This document shows, in pieces, positions 23,391-35,629 of a stretch of DNA of 64,000 nt (position 1 is the first letter of the stretch; each line of letters opens with the position of its first letter). The translations under genes were made by a program, and so were the position numbers. The notes beneath the pieces were generated by a model that made no database searches, was not told the origin of the DNA, and worked only from the letters and a program-made list of their open reading frames with translations. The stretch is from Podarcis vaucheri. Lineage: Eukaryota. Location of the stretch: NCBI GenBank assembly GCA_965113315.1, contig OZ220368.1, one strand, 5' to 3'.

Positions 23391-26300
23391 CTGCATTAAG
23401 AGGAAGTCAGAAAAGACAAAAAATAATAATAGGGTTTTCATTATAAAAACAATTTTCTTTAAGAGGCTGCTTAAACAGTAACATGGTGATAGATGCATGT
23501 TTGCCATCATGTATACATGTGACAGAAAGCCACAGCCAGTCCTAGTTCCCTGGCGCATGTGCCTGTGCAGTTCACATGCCTGAACACTCACATTAATCAT
23601 GTCCAACCACTCCATTTAAAGTACACTCTAAAAACCATAAGGTGTGAAACAACCATTCGTTTCCATCTCAATAAGTTTATGTTTTGCTGCCCAGGGCAGA
23701 CCTGCTCTCCTTAGAACAGTACATGTGGAGCCAGCAAAGACTAGCATTTTCTATGCACTGCAGCCAGAACATAAGACTGCTATTTAGCTTCAGGACACTT
23801 CAGGGATGTTTAAATTTACTGTTTCTATAAAGGCTGTTTGTCTCGATACAGTTAGCTTAGATAAATCATAGTATAATAGAAAACTCTTGAACTGTAAAAA
23901 GTGAAACCAAGCAGAGAAAGCAGCTTCTACACAGGTTAATTTAGACTGTTCTTTATCGTATTTTTTGTTCCCAAGCAGAAACCACAAATGCAGGATAAAT
24001 GGAAAGCAACAAAATCAGTTGATTACTGATGTCTATTGTGGGAGTGACCGGGAGTCTTAATTTGAGGCTAATTAGCTCTGGGAACACACACTCCCTTCTT
24101 CAGACTTGTGTGTCTCAAACGCAGGGCAATTAAACGCTGAAAACCCCAATTCTGTACTGAAAGGATTGGAGGCAAAACAGGGCTGATGAGCAGCAAGAGA
24201 GCAGTATTAGCACGGTCAGGTAGACCCTGAAGTATTCAATAGTACAAATTATTATTGTAAAAAAACCCAAGAGGCAGCACCCCTCCTTGGCAGCCCATGC
24301 AGCTTGCAAGAGAAGGAATGGCTGGCATCTTGAACAGCTGTTAGGGAGTGAGAAATTGCAAGTCCTACTTGCATCTATTTCCTAGACTAAGCTCAACTTT
24401 TTGGGACACAAAATCCATTTATCATAGTGTGCCACATTCCTCAAGTGTTACTCTTAGCACTAACATTAAAGACTGAATACAACTGATGCATTACAAACAG
24501 CTTTTGCATAATGTTTTGCTCATGGGAAGGCTATTTATGGGAAGGAGGGAGGGAGGAAACTCCTGGGCGCAAAGCAGGGGGGATGTAAAGGGCAGCTGAA
24601 TCATTTTAGCCAACCAGATACAGAACAGTAAATGGATAAAGTATAGTTTGCTCAAATACCTGTTGCAAGGACTAGCTTGCATTCTTCAACTGTCACCCCA
24701 GTAAAGCTTGTATCTTTCAAACGTGGATACTATGCAAACAAACAGAAAAAAATATATAAATATAGCAGCCTCCTGCTTCCCCTGAGAACAATGTTCTCTT
24801 AATCTTTCTTCTCATATGACATCAAAATTGTATGCTGAAGTAAATTTGCTAAATGCTATAGCACGAACATGTTCACTGCTGTTTCATATATATTTTTCAT
24901 GCATTTCTGAAAAAGGGATGGCTAACATGGTCCTCTAAATGCAAGACTACAATTCCCATCAACCCCAGCAAGCATAGCCAGTAGCGACGGATTGGGGCAA
25001 TTGTAGTCTTATTAACACTAGGAGAGCCACAGGTTTGCCACTCCAATTTACACAGTAAAAGGTGAACTGTCTTGCTCAAGAAAAAGCAAAGACACTGTGG
25101 TAGATAATATGGTGCCCTCTGGATGTTATTGGACTTCAACTCCCATTAACCTTGATAATGGGATAATTATCAGGGGGTTGGACTAGATGACCCTTATGGT
25201 ACTTTCCAACTTTACAATTCTATGATTTTATTGGACATGCTGGCTAGGGCTGATGGGAGCTGGAGTCAAACAACATCTCAAAGGTGCCATGTTGGCTTCC
25301 CCTGCTAAAGATAAATCAGAAGGGTCTTAGTATCAGGATTACAAAACACATCCCAGGGGCAGCTGTCAGATTCTAACACTGGGTACCTGGTCACAGTGAT
25401 AGGACTTACCTTGTTTTTATAGTAATTGGTATGGATTTTGGCTAAACTCTCAAACATTTCATCGCAGGTCACTGGATCAGAAATCTGCAAGAGTACAAAA
25501 GTACAGTGAAATTATTCCTAGAGTGTAAACAACACTTCCATTGAACAGAAATTTTATATTACCAGTGTTGTAGAGGAAGACATTACATTTTAAAATGCAA
25601 ACTAGTTTTGTTCTTCCTATCTATTCCAACAGAGTCACTGAGTTAAAAGACAATCAGAAGCCCACCCTTGAGCAAAAACCTATCTAAGCTTCAGCTCTTT
25701 CACATATCAACCCAAAAGTCCTGAGTATACTGTGAAGAAATGAAGCTGTCTGTTGAGGGAAGGGGGCATTTTCTTACTTACTCAAAAATGACAAAACCCA
25801 AATCCCATGTCAATGGCAAATTCTAAACCCAGGCCCTGCCACCATTCAGTCTCACTTATTTCCTTTGAACCCTTAGCTTACCAATATTCCTTAACTGTGG
25901 GGTACAGGCATGGTACAAAGCCGGTCAGATACAGATAATTAACAGAGATAATTACATTTATTTATTATACAATTATTATGTGCAAATGTTTTTCTGGTTA
26001 CTTCAAAAATAGCCCTTTATCTTTAGATTATACTTTTTAAACTTCTTACTGTCACTTTAAATACCAATCTCTTATATCCAGCTAAGCTTTAAAGGAACAG
26101 TAAATTGGATAGCTCAGTCAGTAGAGTAAGAGACTCTTAATCTCAGGGTTGTTGGTTCAAGCCCCACATTGGGCAAAAGAGATTCTTGCATTGCAGGGGG
26201 TTGGACTAGATGACCCTCATGGTCCCTTCCAACTCTAGAGTTCTATGATTAAAGCCCTTTAGCCAAATTGCTTTTGTATTCTCTCCACCCCAGTTAACAC

Positions 26301-29300
26301 TATTATGGAGGACTCTGTTGGAAGCCTCTTCATCCAACCCTTTACTGACCTATTGAAGAGATTTCTTTTGCTGCATTGCCCTGGAAATCTGCCCTCTCCT
26401 GCCAGTCACCAGAGACCAACGTTCAGGTTCTCCCTTTTCCTCCTCAGCCTAAGCCAAGTGATTCAGCTACCCACAGCAAGTTATCAGCCAACAAGGCATT
26501 CCGTCTTCCTTCTTCCCTGACTCCCTTCCTCTGCTGTCACTGACCACCCTTAACTCCAAGTCTCCAGCCCACTCCAGTTTTCAATTAACTAACAATATTG
26601 CACACATTTAGTCTGGCCACTCAAGTCCAGCTCCATCCAATCATACTGTCTAACTGAAAATTCCAAGCTTGCACCCAGCAAACAAAATATGCATACTCTC
26701 TCTCCCTCCCTCCCGAATACTAAGGATTCTCTCTCGGCTGTCAGTTAAGGCCCCATGCAACAGTTAAAACTAGTTTTCACCAGACCAGACAGAAAACTTC
26801 CTACATCGAATACATTACAATGCACAGTACGATACAAATGTCAGAACACATTACACAATACCCATTACAACTTAATTCAAATAAACAGGATTTCTTCACA
26901 CTGCGTTACACTGATGAGCTGCAAAGAAGTGTTTGCACAATAAACAGCTCCAAAATATGCCAAACAGATCAACAAGCACGAGCAAACCTCTTCACAGAGG
27001 GGGGAAATGCATTTAATCCAAGATACTGTCAATAACTGTGGCCCAGATGCACTAGATAAGAGGACAAAGCACACTTCAAGGTCATGTGGAAGGTGTGTCA
27101 TCTAACTATCATATTCATTTCTAAGTTTTATTATACTTGGTCTTCTCAGACGGAAAAAATGATGCATAAACATATTTTTTTAATGAGAGATTTTTTTTGG
27201 GGGAGATGTGACATAAACTACAAGAATGATATCTAGTCATGTAATGACCAAACGGCATCTTGGAAAGCAATAATCGGCTGCTTGAATTATGCAAGTCAGA
27301 ATAATATGACGTGTCTTTTCTTCCACAGCCCAAGATATTGGCCGGTGTTCAAATCAGAAAAATGGGGCAGACCGCTTGTATAATACTGAGTTTTACATAT
27401 TTCTGTATTCACACTGAAAAACCCTGATAGTGTTGCAGCTATCATGTGGAAAGCAGAAATAGCCTTTCAAAAAAGAAAAAATGCCCCAGCACATCTCATT
27501 ACACATGGATAAAACAGACATTAGACTTACAAAGTACCTTTATATCTCTGACTCTGCTCTTTATGCATCCCTCCTGCTATTTGGCAAAAAATAATAATCT
27601 CTTTATAAAGTATTTTATACATACAAATTGATATCAGCGCTGCAAGCATCAATTTAAATTTTTCAAAACCGATGACAGTTTTGGAAAATTAAGGTAGGAA
27701 TCAGCTGCTCTGAGCACAAAAAGAAAGGAAAAGCACGTTCTGAAATGGATGGAGCAGACAAAAGTAACAGAACAGCCCTGCTCTGAGGATGCTCAGAAGA
27801 TAGTGACTCTCTTAAAAATGAGTGTCTGCCATAGATTTATTTCATTAATTTTTGCAAAGAGTGCATTCTTCTTCCATGGAGACCATTTTGTGGTGATGTA
27901 CTACCACAATGCATACATACGCTGATGTCCCAGGCATTAAGAACTGACTCCAAAACATTTTCAGTGCTGAACAAATCATGACTTGAAATCAAGAAAAGCT
28001 CAAGGCCATAGAAATGGCCTCTATCAGTTAAGTAACCTGGAAATAATCCAACAAAAGCCGATACATCCAGCAAACGAAATGAACCTGGTTTTAAACCGGC
28101 ATCAACCTGGAGGGCAAGGGAACCTAACAATTTTTGGCACTTGACTGCAGCACAGAAAGAGGGCTATCAGTTCAACCAAGAGACCAGCTGCCATTTGGCA
28201 AGTTCCTCCCCTGAATCGTTTCCAATGAAACTGATGGTTATAAAAACTAACTAAGAACTGGTCCCTGAGTTTCCTTATTTTTCTCTTCCCTTCCTTCCCC
28301 CTTTTTTTGTTTTTGTGTTGTGTCTTTTACATTGTATGCTTGTGGGCTCAGACTGTCTTTGCTTTACTCTGTGTATAGCCTTTGGATACATTTAGGTATT
28401 TCAAAAATGAAAAAGAATAATTTTTGAAAGCATCAGAGCCAGCAGAAAACCTAGCTCTGCCTGGAAATCAGAGACAAAAGACTTTAATGAGAAACTAGGG
28501 AACTCTTTAAGTCAGATCCAGATACCTACTATTCATTTCATCTGGCCCTACCTTCAAGTTCCCCACTGCACCAAGGTTCACATCATATACTAAATTTCTG
28601 AAAAGGAATTTCCATGTAAGAATTAATATGACACCCATTTGTAGAGCACTGTGATGATAATACACATAAGAGTATATTTTACTGGAGTCAGTCAAAAGAG
28701 GGAATTTCAACATGTGCAGCTCTTTTCACCACTGCATGTCGAAATGTACTTGCCAAAAGTCTCTATACAGTGGTACCTCAGGTTACAGACGCTTCAGGTT
28801 ACAGACGCTTCAGGTTACAGACTCCACTAACCCAGAAATAATACCTTGGGTTAAGAACTTTGCTTCAGGATGAGAACAGAAATCGTTCAGTGGCGGTGCA
28901 GCGGCAGGCCCCATTAGCTAAAGTGGTGCTTCAGGTTAAGAACAGTTTCAGGTTAAGAACGGACCTCCGGAATGAATTAAGTTCTTAACCTGAGGTACCA
29001 CTGTATATGCTATTAAAGCCACAGCCTTAACCTCTTAAGCCACCTGGAACAAGAGGTGTGTTCCTGTGATTGGGTCTTTTCAAAAATTGTGCTATAATCC
29101 AGAGAAAAACAGAGGCTATGGACATTACACAGCAGTCATGGTAAGTGGCTTGGGAAGAAGTGAATTTATCTAAGTATTTTTATACAGCACTTCAATCATT
29201 TACTCCTGCCAAGAGCAGTTTATCAGAGAATTTCATGCAACTGATATCATAATTACATTTATATCCTTCCTTGCCACATGCTGCAGTGGAGGGCAATCCC

Positions 29301-31674
29301 ACCTTACACAGGAAAAAAACTGAAGAACTTTCTAACTTGTCACCACATTTCCAATGGAATCTTTTCATTCTGAAGTGTCAAAAACCCACAGTGAAGCAAC
29401 CTGCATATTAAAGTTGTAACTCAACCCTGCTGCTGGCATGGCTAATACTGCATTCAGAGCCCTGGTGCAAACAGTGACTAAGGTGGAGGGGGCAGTACAA
29501 TTGCAACATACAATTGGATTGGGCCTCATGCTGTTGCACAGCAGCAGTGAGATCGGCTCAAGCCCAGGAATACCCCATTTGGGGATCTTGCGCACTGTTA
29601 CTGGATATCCCATCAATGGCACTCCTGCCCATTTAGCTTAGCCTTCCCAGCCCATTGCAAGTGGGGTGCAGATTGCTCTGCCCCTTGGCACCAAGTCCCA
29701 TTAAACAAAGAGTGAGGTCTCAAATAAGATATATACATATATATTAAAAGCATTTAGATAGTGAAGAGCTCTAAAATGGAGTTCATTAATTCTCCTGGAA
29801 ACCTGAGAGCAGAGTGGTCAGATGCACAGTGCCGGCTCTAATATTAGGCAGCACAAGAGGCAGATGATTTTGAGAGTCATGAAAGGGTACCAAACTATGA
29901 TGCATTTATTATTGTATTTTACTGCCAGAACAGGGGAGAGATGCTTGTAGGATTTTCTGCCTCAGCTGCCCAAATAACAACATGACTGGCCTTGGCATAC
30001 TCCACCTCTTGACTTGGGGAGGGAAGGATTCACCTCAGGCAGCAGAATGTCTTGGACGAGGCCCATAGATATAAAAGGCAAGGTTCCTGCACCTTAAAAA
30101 TTGCTTGCATGGCAAGGACACCTGCCAAAAGCATCCCTCTTCTGAACAACTATTAAAGTTGCAGGGACCCCACCCTGTATTCAAATCTGGCTACTCTAGC
30201 AGGGCCGGCCTCTAGCATGAGGCAACCACCTCAGGCAGCAGGATCCACAGGGTAGCATATACCAATGAAGAGCTTTCTTTTCCTGTTGTCCCTGATTTAG
30301 ATCTTCATTCCCCCCTTCTTCTCTGGCCCGGAAAGTGGGAGCATCATCTTAATGGTTCACCTCAGGTGCTAAAATTTGTTGGGCTGGCCCTGAGCACAGG
30401 CATGACTCACCCTAGGGCCTGCTTGATTCAGGCTAAAATCCTGTGCACGCTTACCTGGGGAGTAAGCTTTACTGAAGACACAGAAATACAGCTGTACCTT
30501 AGAAGCCAATCGCCTTGGCACTTGCACGTTTTGGCTCCCAAATGCTGCAAACCTGGAAGTGTTCCAGTTTGTGGATGTTCTTTGGAAGCTGGAACTTCCA
30601 ACGTGGCTTCTGCAGCCAATCGGAAGCCGCGATTTGGTTTCCGAACGTTTTGGAAATCGAAAGGACTTCCGGAACGGATTCCGTTTGGCTTCCAAGGTAC
30701 GACTATATTTGGGACTAAGCACCCAGAAGCCTGTGCCGTCTCTTCACCATTACGCTACGCAAACATCCAGTGCCAGATTTACATATAAGCTAAACAAGCT
30801 ATAGCTTAGGGCCCCACCCTCTTGGGCGCCCCAAAAAAATTTAAGGAAAAAATATTGGATGTACTTTCCCAAAATATAAGATAAAAAATAAATAAAATAA
30901 AACCTACATACAGTGAGAGCTTAATAATTGTTTCATTATTAATATACTTCTTAATTGTATTTCAGTTCAATAATTACTTTGATAAAATACATATTTTATG
31001 TGTAAAAGGCTTTAGATACCTATTAGGTCCATAAATTACCAAATAGCATATGTTCAACACAAAAAACAGTGACCATTTGTTGTTGACAAAGGACAGCTGG
31101 ACATATAAAGGGCCCCATTACCTTCAGTAGCTTAGGGGCTCATCAAACCTAAATCCGGTCCTGAAAGGATCACACAGAGGCACAAACACACACGGGTTTC
31201 CACCCCTCCTGTTTAATACAGGACATATTTCATGCAAAATGCTACCCCCTGTATTTGAGCTCTCTCTCCCCCAAGTTACGGATCCTCTCCAAATGCACGT
31301 GTTGGAAATTCACGTGTATGTATGCACGTGTGACAAGTTCCAGAGGGGCTGTTCGTCTGAAATAGATTGTATTGCTTTGAAGTCACTTCAGCACCAGATC
31401 AAACCGCCCTGTATTTTGCCAGAACAAGGGTGGCCACCCTAAGCACGCCACATAAATGTGAATTAAATAATACGGGGACCAGCCGGCCAGGGCGCCGACC
31501 TACCCCCTCCCCCTCCGGGCGTCGCCCCCGCCCCACCTGCGTGTTCTCTCCCTCGCGGAAGGCCTGCGCCACCCTCTGCCGAAGGAAGGTGCCCAAGTCT
31601 CGCCCGCGCTTGGTCTCTTCCACGGGCCACTCCTCGCAGAGCTTCAAGAAGCGCCGGTACCGCGTCACCGCCAT
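23296..31674 (-). CDS. UQCC2: Ubiquinol-cytochrome c reductase complex assembly factor 2 (MNF1/M19), complete, 125 aa
   Basis: complement(join(23296..23390,24660..24729,25410..25484,31537..31674)) = 378 nt. [125 protein letters not shown]; GT-AG introns. Confidence 0.96.
24660..24729 (-). CDS. UQCC2: UQCC2 coding exon 3
   Basis: catag|TAT ... G|gtattt; [11 protein letters not shown]. Confidence 0.93.
24915..25045. mobile_element. Palindromic hAT-like MITE in UQCC2 intron 2
   Basis: gactacaattcccatc ... aattgtagtc inverted arms. Confidence 0.6.
25094..25304. mobile_element. hAT-like MITE interrupted by a CR1-type 3' tail (25171-25228)
   Basis: Host arms flank cagggggttggactagatgaccctt...ttctatgatt. 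Confidence 0.7.
25410..25484 (-). CDS. UQCC2: UQCC2 coding exon 2
   Basis: tgcag| ... AAG|gtaagt; 75 nt. Confidence 0.95.
26107..26250 (+). mobile_element. tRNA-Lys(CTT)-derived SINE with CR1-like tail
   Basis: ggatagctcagtcagtagag...gactcttaatctcaggg...ggttcaagccccac head plus gggggttggactagatgacc...ttctatgatt tail. Confidence 0.85.
28768..29003. mobile_element. Tc1/mariner (Tigger-like) MITE
   Basis: TA|CAGTGGTACCTCAGGTTA ... TAACCTGAGGTACCACTG|TA; subterminal caggttacagac repeats; inverted copy at 47464-47697. Confidence 0.9.
30200..30392. mobile_element. Non-autonomous DNA transposon (cagggccggcc TIR)
   Basis: CAGGGCCGGCC ... GGCTGGCCCTG; no clear TSD; related ends at about 29826 and 58847. 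Confidence 0.55.
30489..30705. mobile_element. Tc1/mariner (Tigger-like) MITE
   Basis: TA|CAGCTGTACCTT ... AAGGTACGACTA|TA. Confidence 0.75.
30768..31163. mobile_element. Non-autonomous DNA transposon, AT-rich interior
   Basis: CAGTGCCAGATTTA ... TAAATCCGGTCCTG TIRs; tagcttaggg near both ends. Confidence 0.65.
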
Positions 31675-32000
31675 CTTGGCAGACGCCTGAGTGACACCAT
31701 TGGCGCGTGGCTCACGTGGTCCGGGCTATGCTAATCCCGTTATTAGTATTCCCAACGGAGGCGCGGCGATTGGCTCCTCCGACTCTCTAGTTCCTCTCTA
31801 GTTAAAGCGGAGAGAGCGGATTGGTACTTGCGCAGATGAAACCGGAGAGCTTCCCAGACCCGCGGGGCCGCAGAGATAAGAAAAATCAGAGAGGCGCCTC
31901 TCTGTTTCAGGATGACAACCTTCCGGGTTTACATTGGCGAAACGGATTCATGGAAATGAAGGGAGAAATCTGGGATACGGTCGCAGTGATTGAGCAGCTG
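31470..32000 (-). promoter_or_regulatory. UQCC2 CpG-island promoter
   Basis: CpG-dense; YY1-like AAGATGGCG over the ATG; CCAAT boxes on - at 31699, 31769, 31820, 31933; E-box CACGTG 31713-31718. Confidence 0.8.
31537..31674 (-). CDS. UQCC2: UQCC2 coding exon 1
   Basis: aagATGG start; donor CAG|gtgggg. Confidence 0.96.
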
Positions 32001-32733
32001 GGTCGTGCCCACTGAAAACTATGAGTTAGCGGCAAAGGGACTTCAAGCTCCTCCTCCTGACTCGGGACTAATTGAGCATTTGAAAAGTAGCCCTGCCAAT
32101 GCAAATTCCAAATACCGACCATCATTTCCCGAAGTTGGAAAATGTGTGGTTGAGACCAGCGCTTTATGACAGCTCTGCAGGGTTGCACTTTAGGGTTCAG
32201 TCTGAGACTTGCTTGGATTTTTTTTTGGGGCGGGAGGAAAAGAAGAGAGAAAGATTCACGCCAAGCACCCCCAAATTGCAGCCACAGTCGATCTCCCTAA
32301 ATTCCTTCAGTAGCATACAGAAGCTTGCCCGCAGACATTTTGCATTAATAAATGTTCAGAAACTAACTGCATTCGTTTGTCACAATAAGAAACAAGTCCC
32401 GAATTACAAAGAGCACGACTCCTGTCTTTGCTGCTATCTTGTGAAATTTCTTTGGCCGCCCAATGACAGCTGCGGTAGAATCCAGAATTTCTCTATCGGT
32501 TTCTGTGGGTTTGCGCAAGGGGGGCGGGGGCGGAGTCCACAGAAACCAGAAATCTGGCAACATGTTACATCGTTATCTTTTTCTATCTCTATGAAGATTC
32601 GTTGGATTGGGAAGACTTTAGGGATGGCGCTCATTCTTCGGTATTTGCTGGTGCGCCCGTGTTTGGAGTGGAGAGGGATTGGTAGGGGCGACGTCTTATG
32701 CAAAGCAGCAAAAGAGAGTTTGAGTTTCATTCA

Positions 32734-32847
32734 CACATGATTTCTCCCAAAGAATTCTGGGAATTGTAGTTTATCCTTCACAGAGCAGTAATTCCCAGTA
32801 CCCGTAACAAACTCAAATTCCCAGTCTTCTTTGGGGGAAGCCACGTG
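32734..32847. mobile_element. Palindromic MITE
   Basis: Arms cacatgatttctcccaaagaattctgggaattgtagttt / aaactcaaattcccagtcttctttgggggaagccacgtg; related copy about 58390-58490. Confidence 0.7.
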
Positions 32848-34098
32848 CTTTACATGGCTAGTTTTATGCGATCTTTTTCTTACTTCCCTCTATGAGATGC
32901 GTAGTACCTTTTAGGGGTTAATTCAGAAGTGAGTCTCATTTAATGCAGTGGGACTTAGTCTTTCAGGAGCAAGTTCAGGACGGCAGCTATGCTGTGCCAT
33001 ATTATTCATGCTTACTTCAAAGTAAGAATTCATTGGGATTCACTGCGAAGTAAATGTTGACAGAATTGCAGTCTTAATCTGCACAGCCACACATAATTTT
33101 AAGGCTCTTCTTTCCAAGATGTAATCATATGGTTAACACAGAAGGGCTAGTTGGATAGCCCACAATATGTAAAATGCACAGTTGTTGTCTGACTCCTGGC
33201 AGAAAATGAACTACATTTGCATCTGATAATGTGGGCTCAAGTCCATGAAACTCCATGCCATAATAAAATGTGTTAGGATGGTATCTGGTGGTCACAGTAG
33301 ACCCATTAAGATCAATAGATATAACTTGGCTAACTTAAGTCCATGGATTTCAGTGGGTTTACTCTGCAAATAAAACATTTTAAATGTGTTGTAAAGTGCA
33401 ATATACAAGTGTGACACTAGATGGCGAGACTGAGCTATGCAAAATTCTATTTATTTTTCAAAACGTTTTTTAAAAAAAGCATTTTCACAATGTTTTTTTT
33501 AAATATGTATGCAGATTCCATACGACTGTTCTGAGTACTACTTTGCTAGTTGGCACCGGTGGCTTTTAAGTCTCCACAATACGCTTGGTTATTTTTGCAG
33601 CAACAAAAATGACTATCCCTCTGGAAACTTCAATTTGTATTAATTACTTTTTGAAGGGGTAGGGAAGAGTGATTCTTTTTTCTTTTCTTTTTACGTGTAA
33701 CAAGGATTTGAATTCTATGAGCAGTGCAAATGAAGACAACAGCTATTTGTGCCTGGAGACTTTGACAGCTCAAATGCTTCTGCTCCGGATGTTCGCTGTC
33801 AGTTGCATGTTAGCAATATTTGGTATTGTGAACTACTTCTTTTAGCAATTTCCTGCAGCTGGGTAGCAGTCTAAGCGGAGCATGTACTGGGCCTAATGAT
33901 TTAATCTTCCTGTCACAATCTGCGGCTATTCGCAAGCCACAGGCAACACATAGGCAGCAAAAGGATTTCCCTGGAGGCCTGAAATTTAAACGAGGGGAAA
34001 CGATGATTTTTACAGCAATTATGCAAATGCCAACAGATCTTTAAGAAACAGCAGAAAAGAAACACAGACTTAACCAGTTTGTTACACGGCCTATGCAA

Positions 34099-34104
34099 TT
34101 TATT
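34099..34104 (-). terminator. Candidate distal IP6K3 polyadenylation signal
   Basis: TGTA-AATAAA on - strand; proximal alternative AATAAA at 35194-35199. Confidence 0.45.
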
Positions 34105-34319
34105 TACAGTTTGACATTCCCATTTTGGGCTTCTCTCTATTTAAACATATTCTAACAGTTTTCCCATGTGACATAGGACACAGGAAGGAATCAGTTAATT
34201 GGTGGTTCCATATTCACAAAGATTAACAAAGTCTGTAAACATTTTGTCAAGTTTTGTCGGCGCGCACACACATGCTCAGAAATGCAACACAAAACATCTA
34301 GATGACACTTGGGCCCTAA

Positions 34320-34786
34320 CAGGGGCAGAGGAAGGGGGCCGGGGACAGACCGCCCCGGGTGTCATCACTGAGGGGGGTGACATTCGACGTGGCGGCCACC
34401 CGTGACTCCCAAGCCTACCCCGAGCCGTCGGGGGAAGGGGCGGAGGTGCGCCGCCTTCCTAGCAGCCTTCTCCCTTCGTTTTGACAACTTGGGGGAGGTT
34501 TGGGAGTCGCGTTTGGGCGGTGCGCCCTTGCCCCCGGCTCCCAGGCTGCTTTCTGGGGGGGGGGAGAGCCTCCCCTGAGCTGGCAAAAGGAAGAGAGAAG
34601 GGAGGAAGGCTCCTGGCAAAGCAGCGCAACTCCCTTCTCCCCCTGAAAGCAGCCTGCTATGGGCAGCTCACTCTGCCCTCATGGGCATCTCTCCCCCTGA
34701 GACACTTGCCCCGCCCCCATGGCCCCGCCCCCAAGTGCACAGCATGTGTGCCGCTCTGGGTGCCGGAGCAGCTAGCTCCGCCTCTG
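34320..34786. mobile_element. CpG-rich hAT-type MITE
   Basis: TIR caggggcagag / ctccgcctctg; perfect 8-bp TSD ggccctaa (34312-34319, 34787-34794). Confidence 0.88.
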
Positions 34787-35629
34787 GGCCCTAACCCTGA
34801 TATCTGTGCACGCATGTCTTCAAGGCCTGTCTAATTCCTCAGGTGACGTCTCTCCAATATAAAAAGCCATGACATGAATTCATTTATGACTGTTATTCCA
34901 CAGATTTTGCACCCTCTCCGTAACAGCCCTTCTAGCTCTTCCATCAGAGAACCTTTGAAAGCACTGCCTTATTCCAGGAGGGGCTATCTCGCCCCTGCCT
35001 GCTTCTGTGCCTGCTTCTTATTGCTTTACTCACTCACTCCTTTCGGCTGACACATAGATTCCTTGGAGAATACTTTCTCCCACACACTCTGGTATGGAAT
35101 ATAAAGAATCAAGGAATTGATCTACAGTCCATTTTTAAAGTGCCAGAGTTTGGTGGTGCCTGAGCTTGTGGAGCATGGTTGTCATCTGATTGCTTTATTG
35201 GAAGTCCTTGGCCCATCAAACAGCGAATTAAAATGTAAAGCTGGAGGTTTTTAAGGACTTGCTAAACTATCTACACCACCCTTTTCAGGAGCATGGCATG
35301 TGTTTGGCCTCTGTTGGCCTTGCAAGTCTAAACGGTGCTTTATAAACAAGTCTTAAAATGATTTTCAAGTAACATTTCCTTCTAGCTGAGAAATGATATG
35401 AATGGACAACGATAAAACAAGGAAGGGCAGTAACCTTCTTATAGATCGCAGGTATGATGAATTCTGTGTAATCCACAATAGCATTTAGTATCTTCAGAGT
35501 TTTTCCTAATATGCCATCAGTTCACCCCCTGAAAACTCTGGCTGTGACATAGTTGCTGGGAGAGCCATTGCTCTGAAGTACGGGGTGTGCCTTTTACAAC
35601 CACAAGGTCTCTCGGTAGTTCAGTCGTTG

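Noticed and set aside
23386-23392. Tandem acceptor (CAG/CTAG) at UQCC2 exon 4
   Set aside because: The downstream AG shifts the frame by 4 nt and loses the conserved C-terminus; no evidence it is used.
26107-26176. Apparent tRNA-Lys(CTT) gene
   Set aside because: The acceptor-stem 5' end is missing, the stems are mutated, and it runs directly into a CR1-like tail. A second copy at 39656-39782 shows it is a SINE head.
28777-28822. Tandem caggttacagacgctt repeats resembling a CRISPR or iteron array
   Set aside because: There are no spacers; these are subterminal repeats of a TA-flanked MITE in a vertebrate genome.
30366-30804. Cluster of overlapping ORFs on both strands
   Set aside because: They overlap non-coding MITEs and show no transposase motifs.
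32099-32740. 213-aa ORF upstream of UQCC2
   Set aside because: No recognisable homology or domain, and it ends at a MITE boundary; consistent with a chance ORF in a promoter-flank region.
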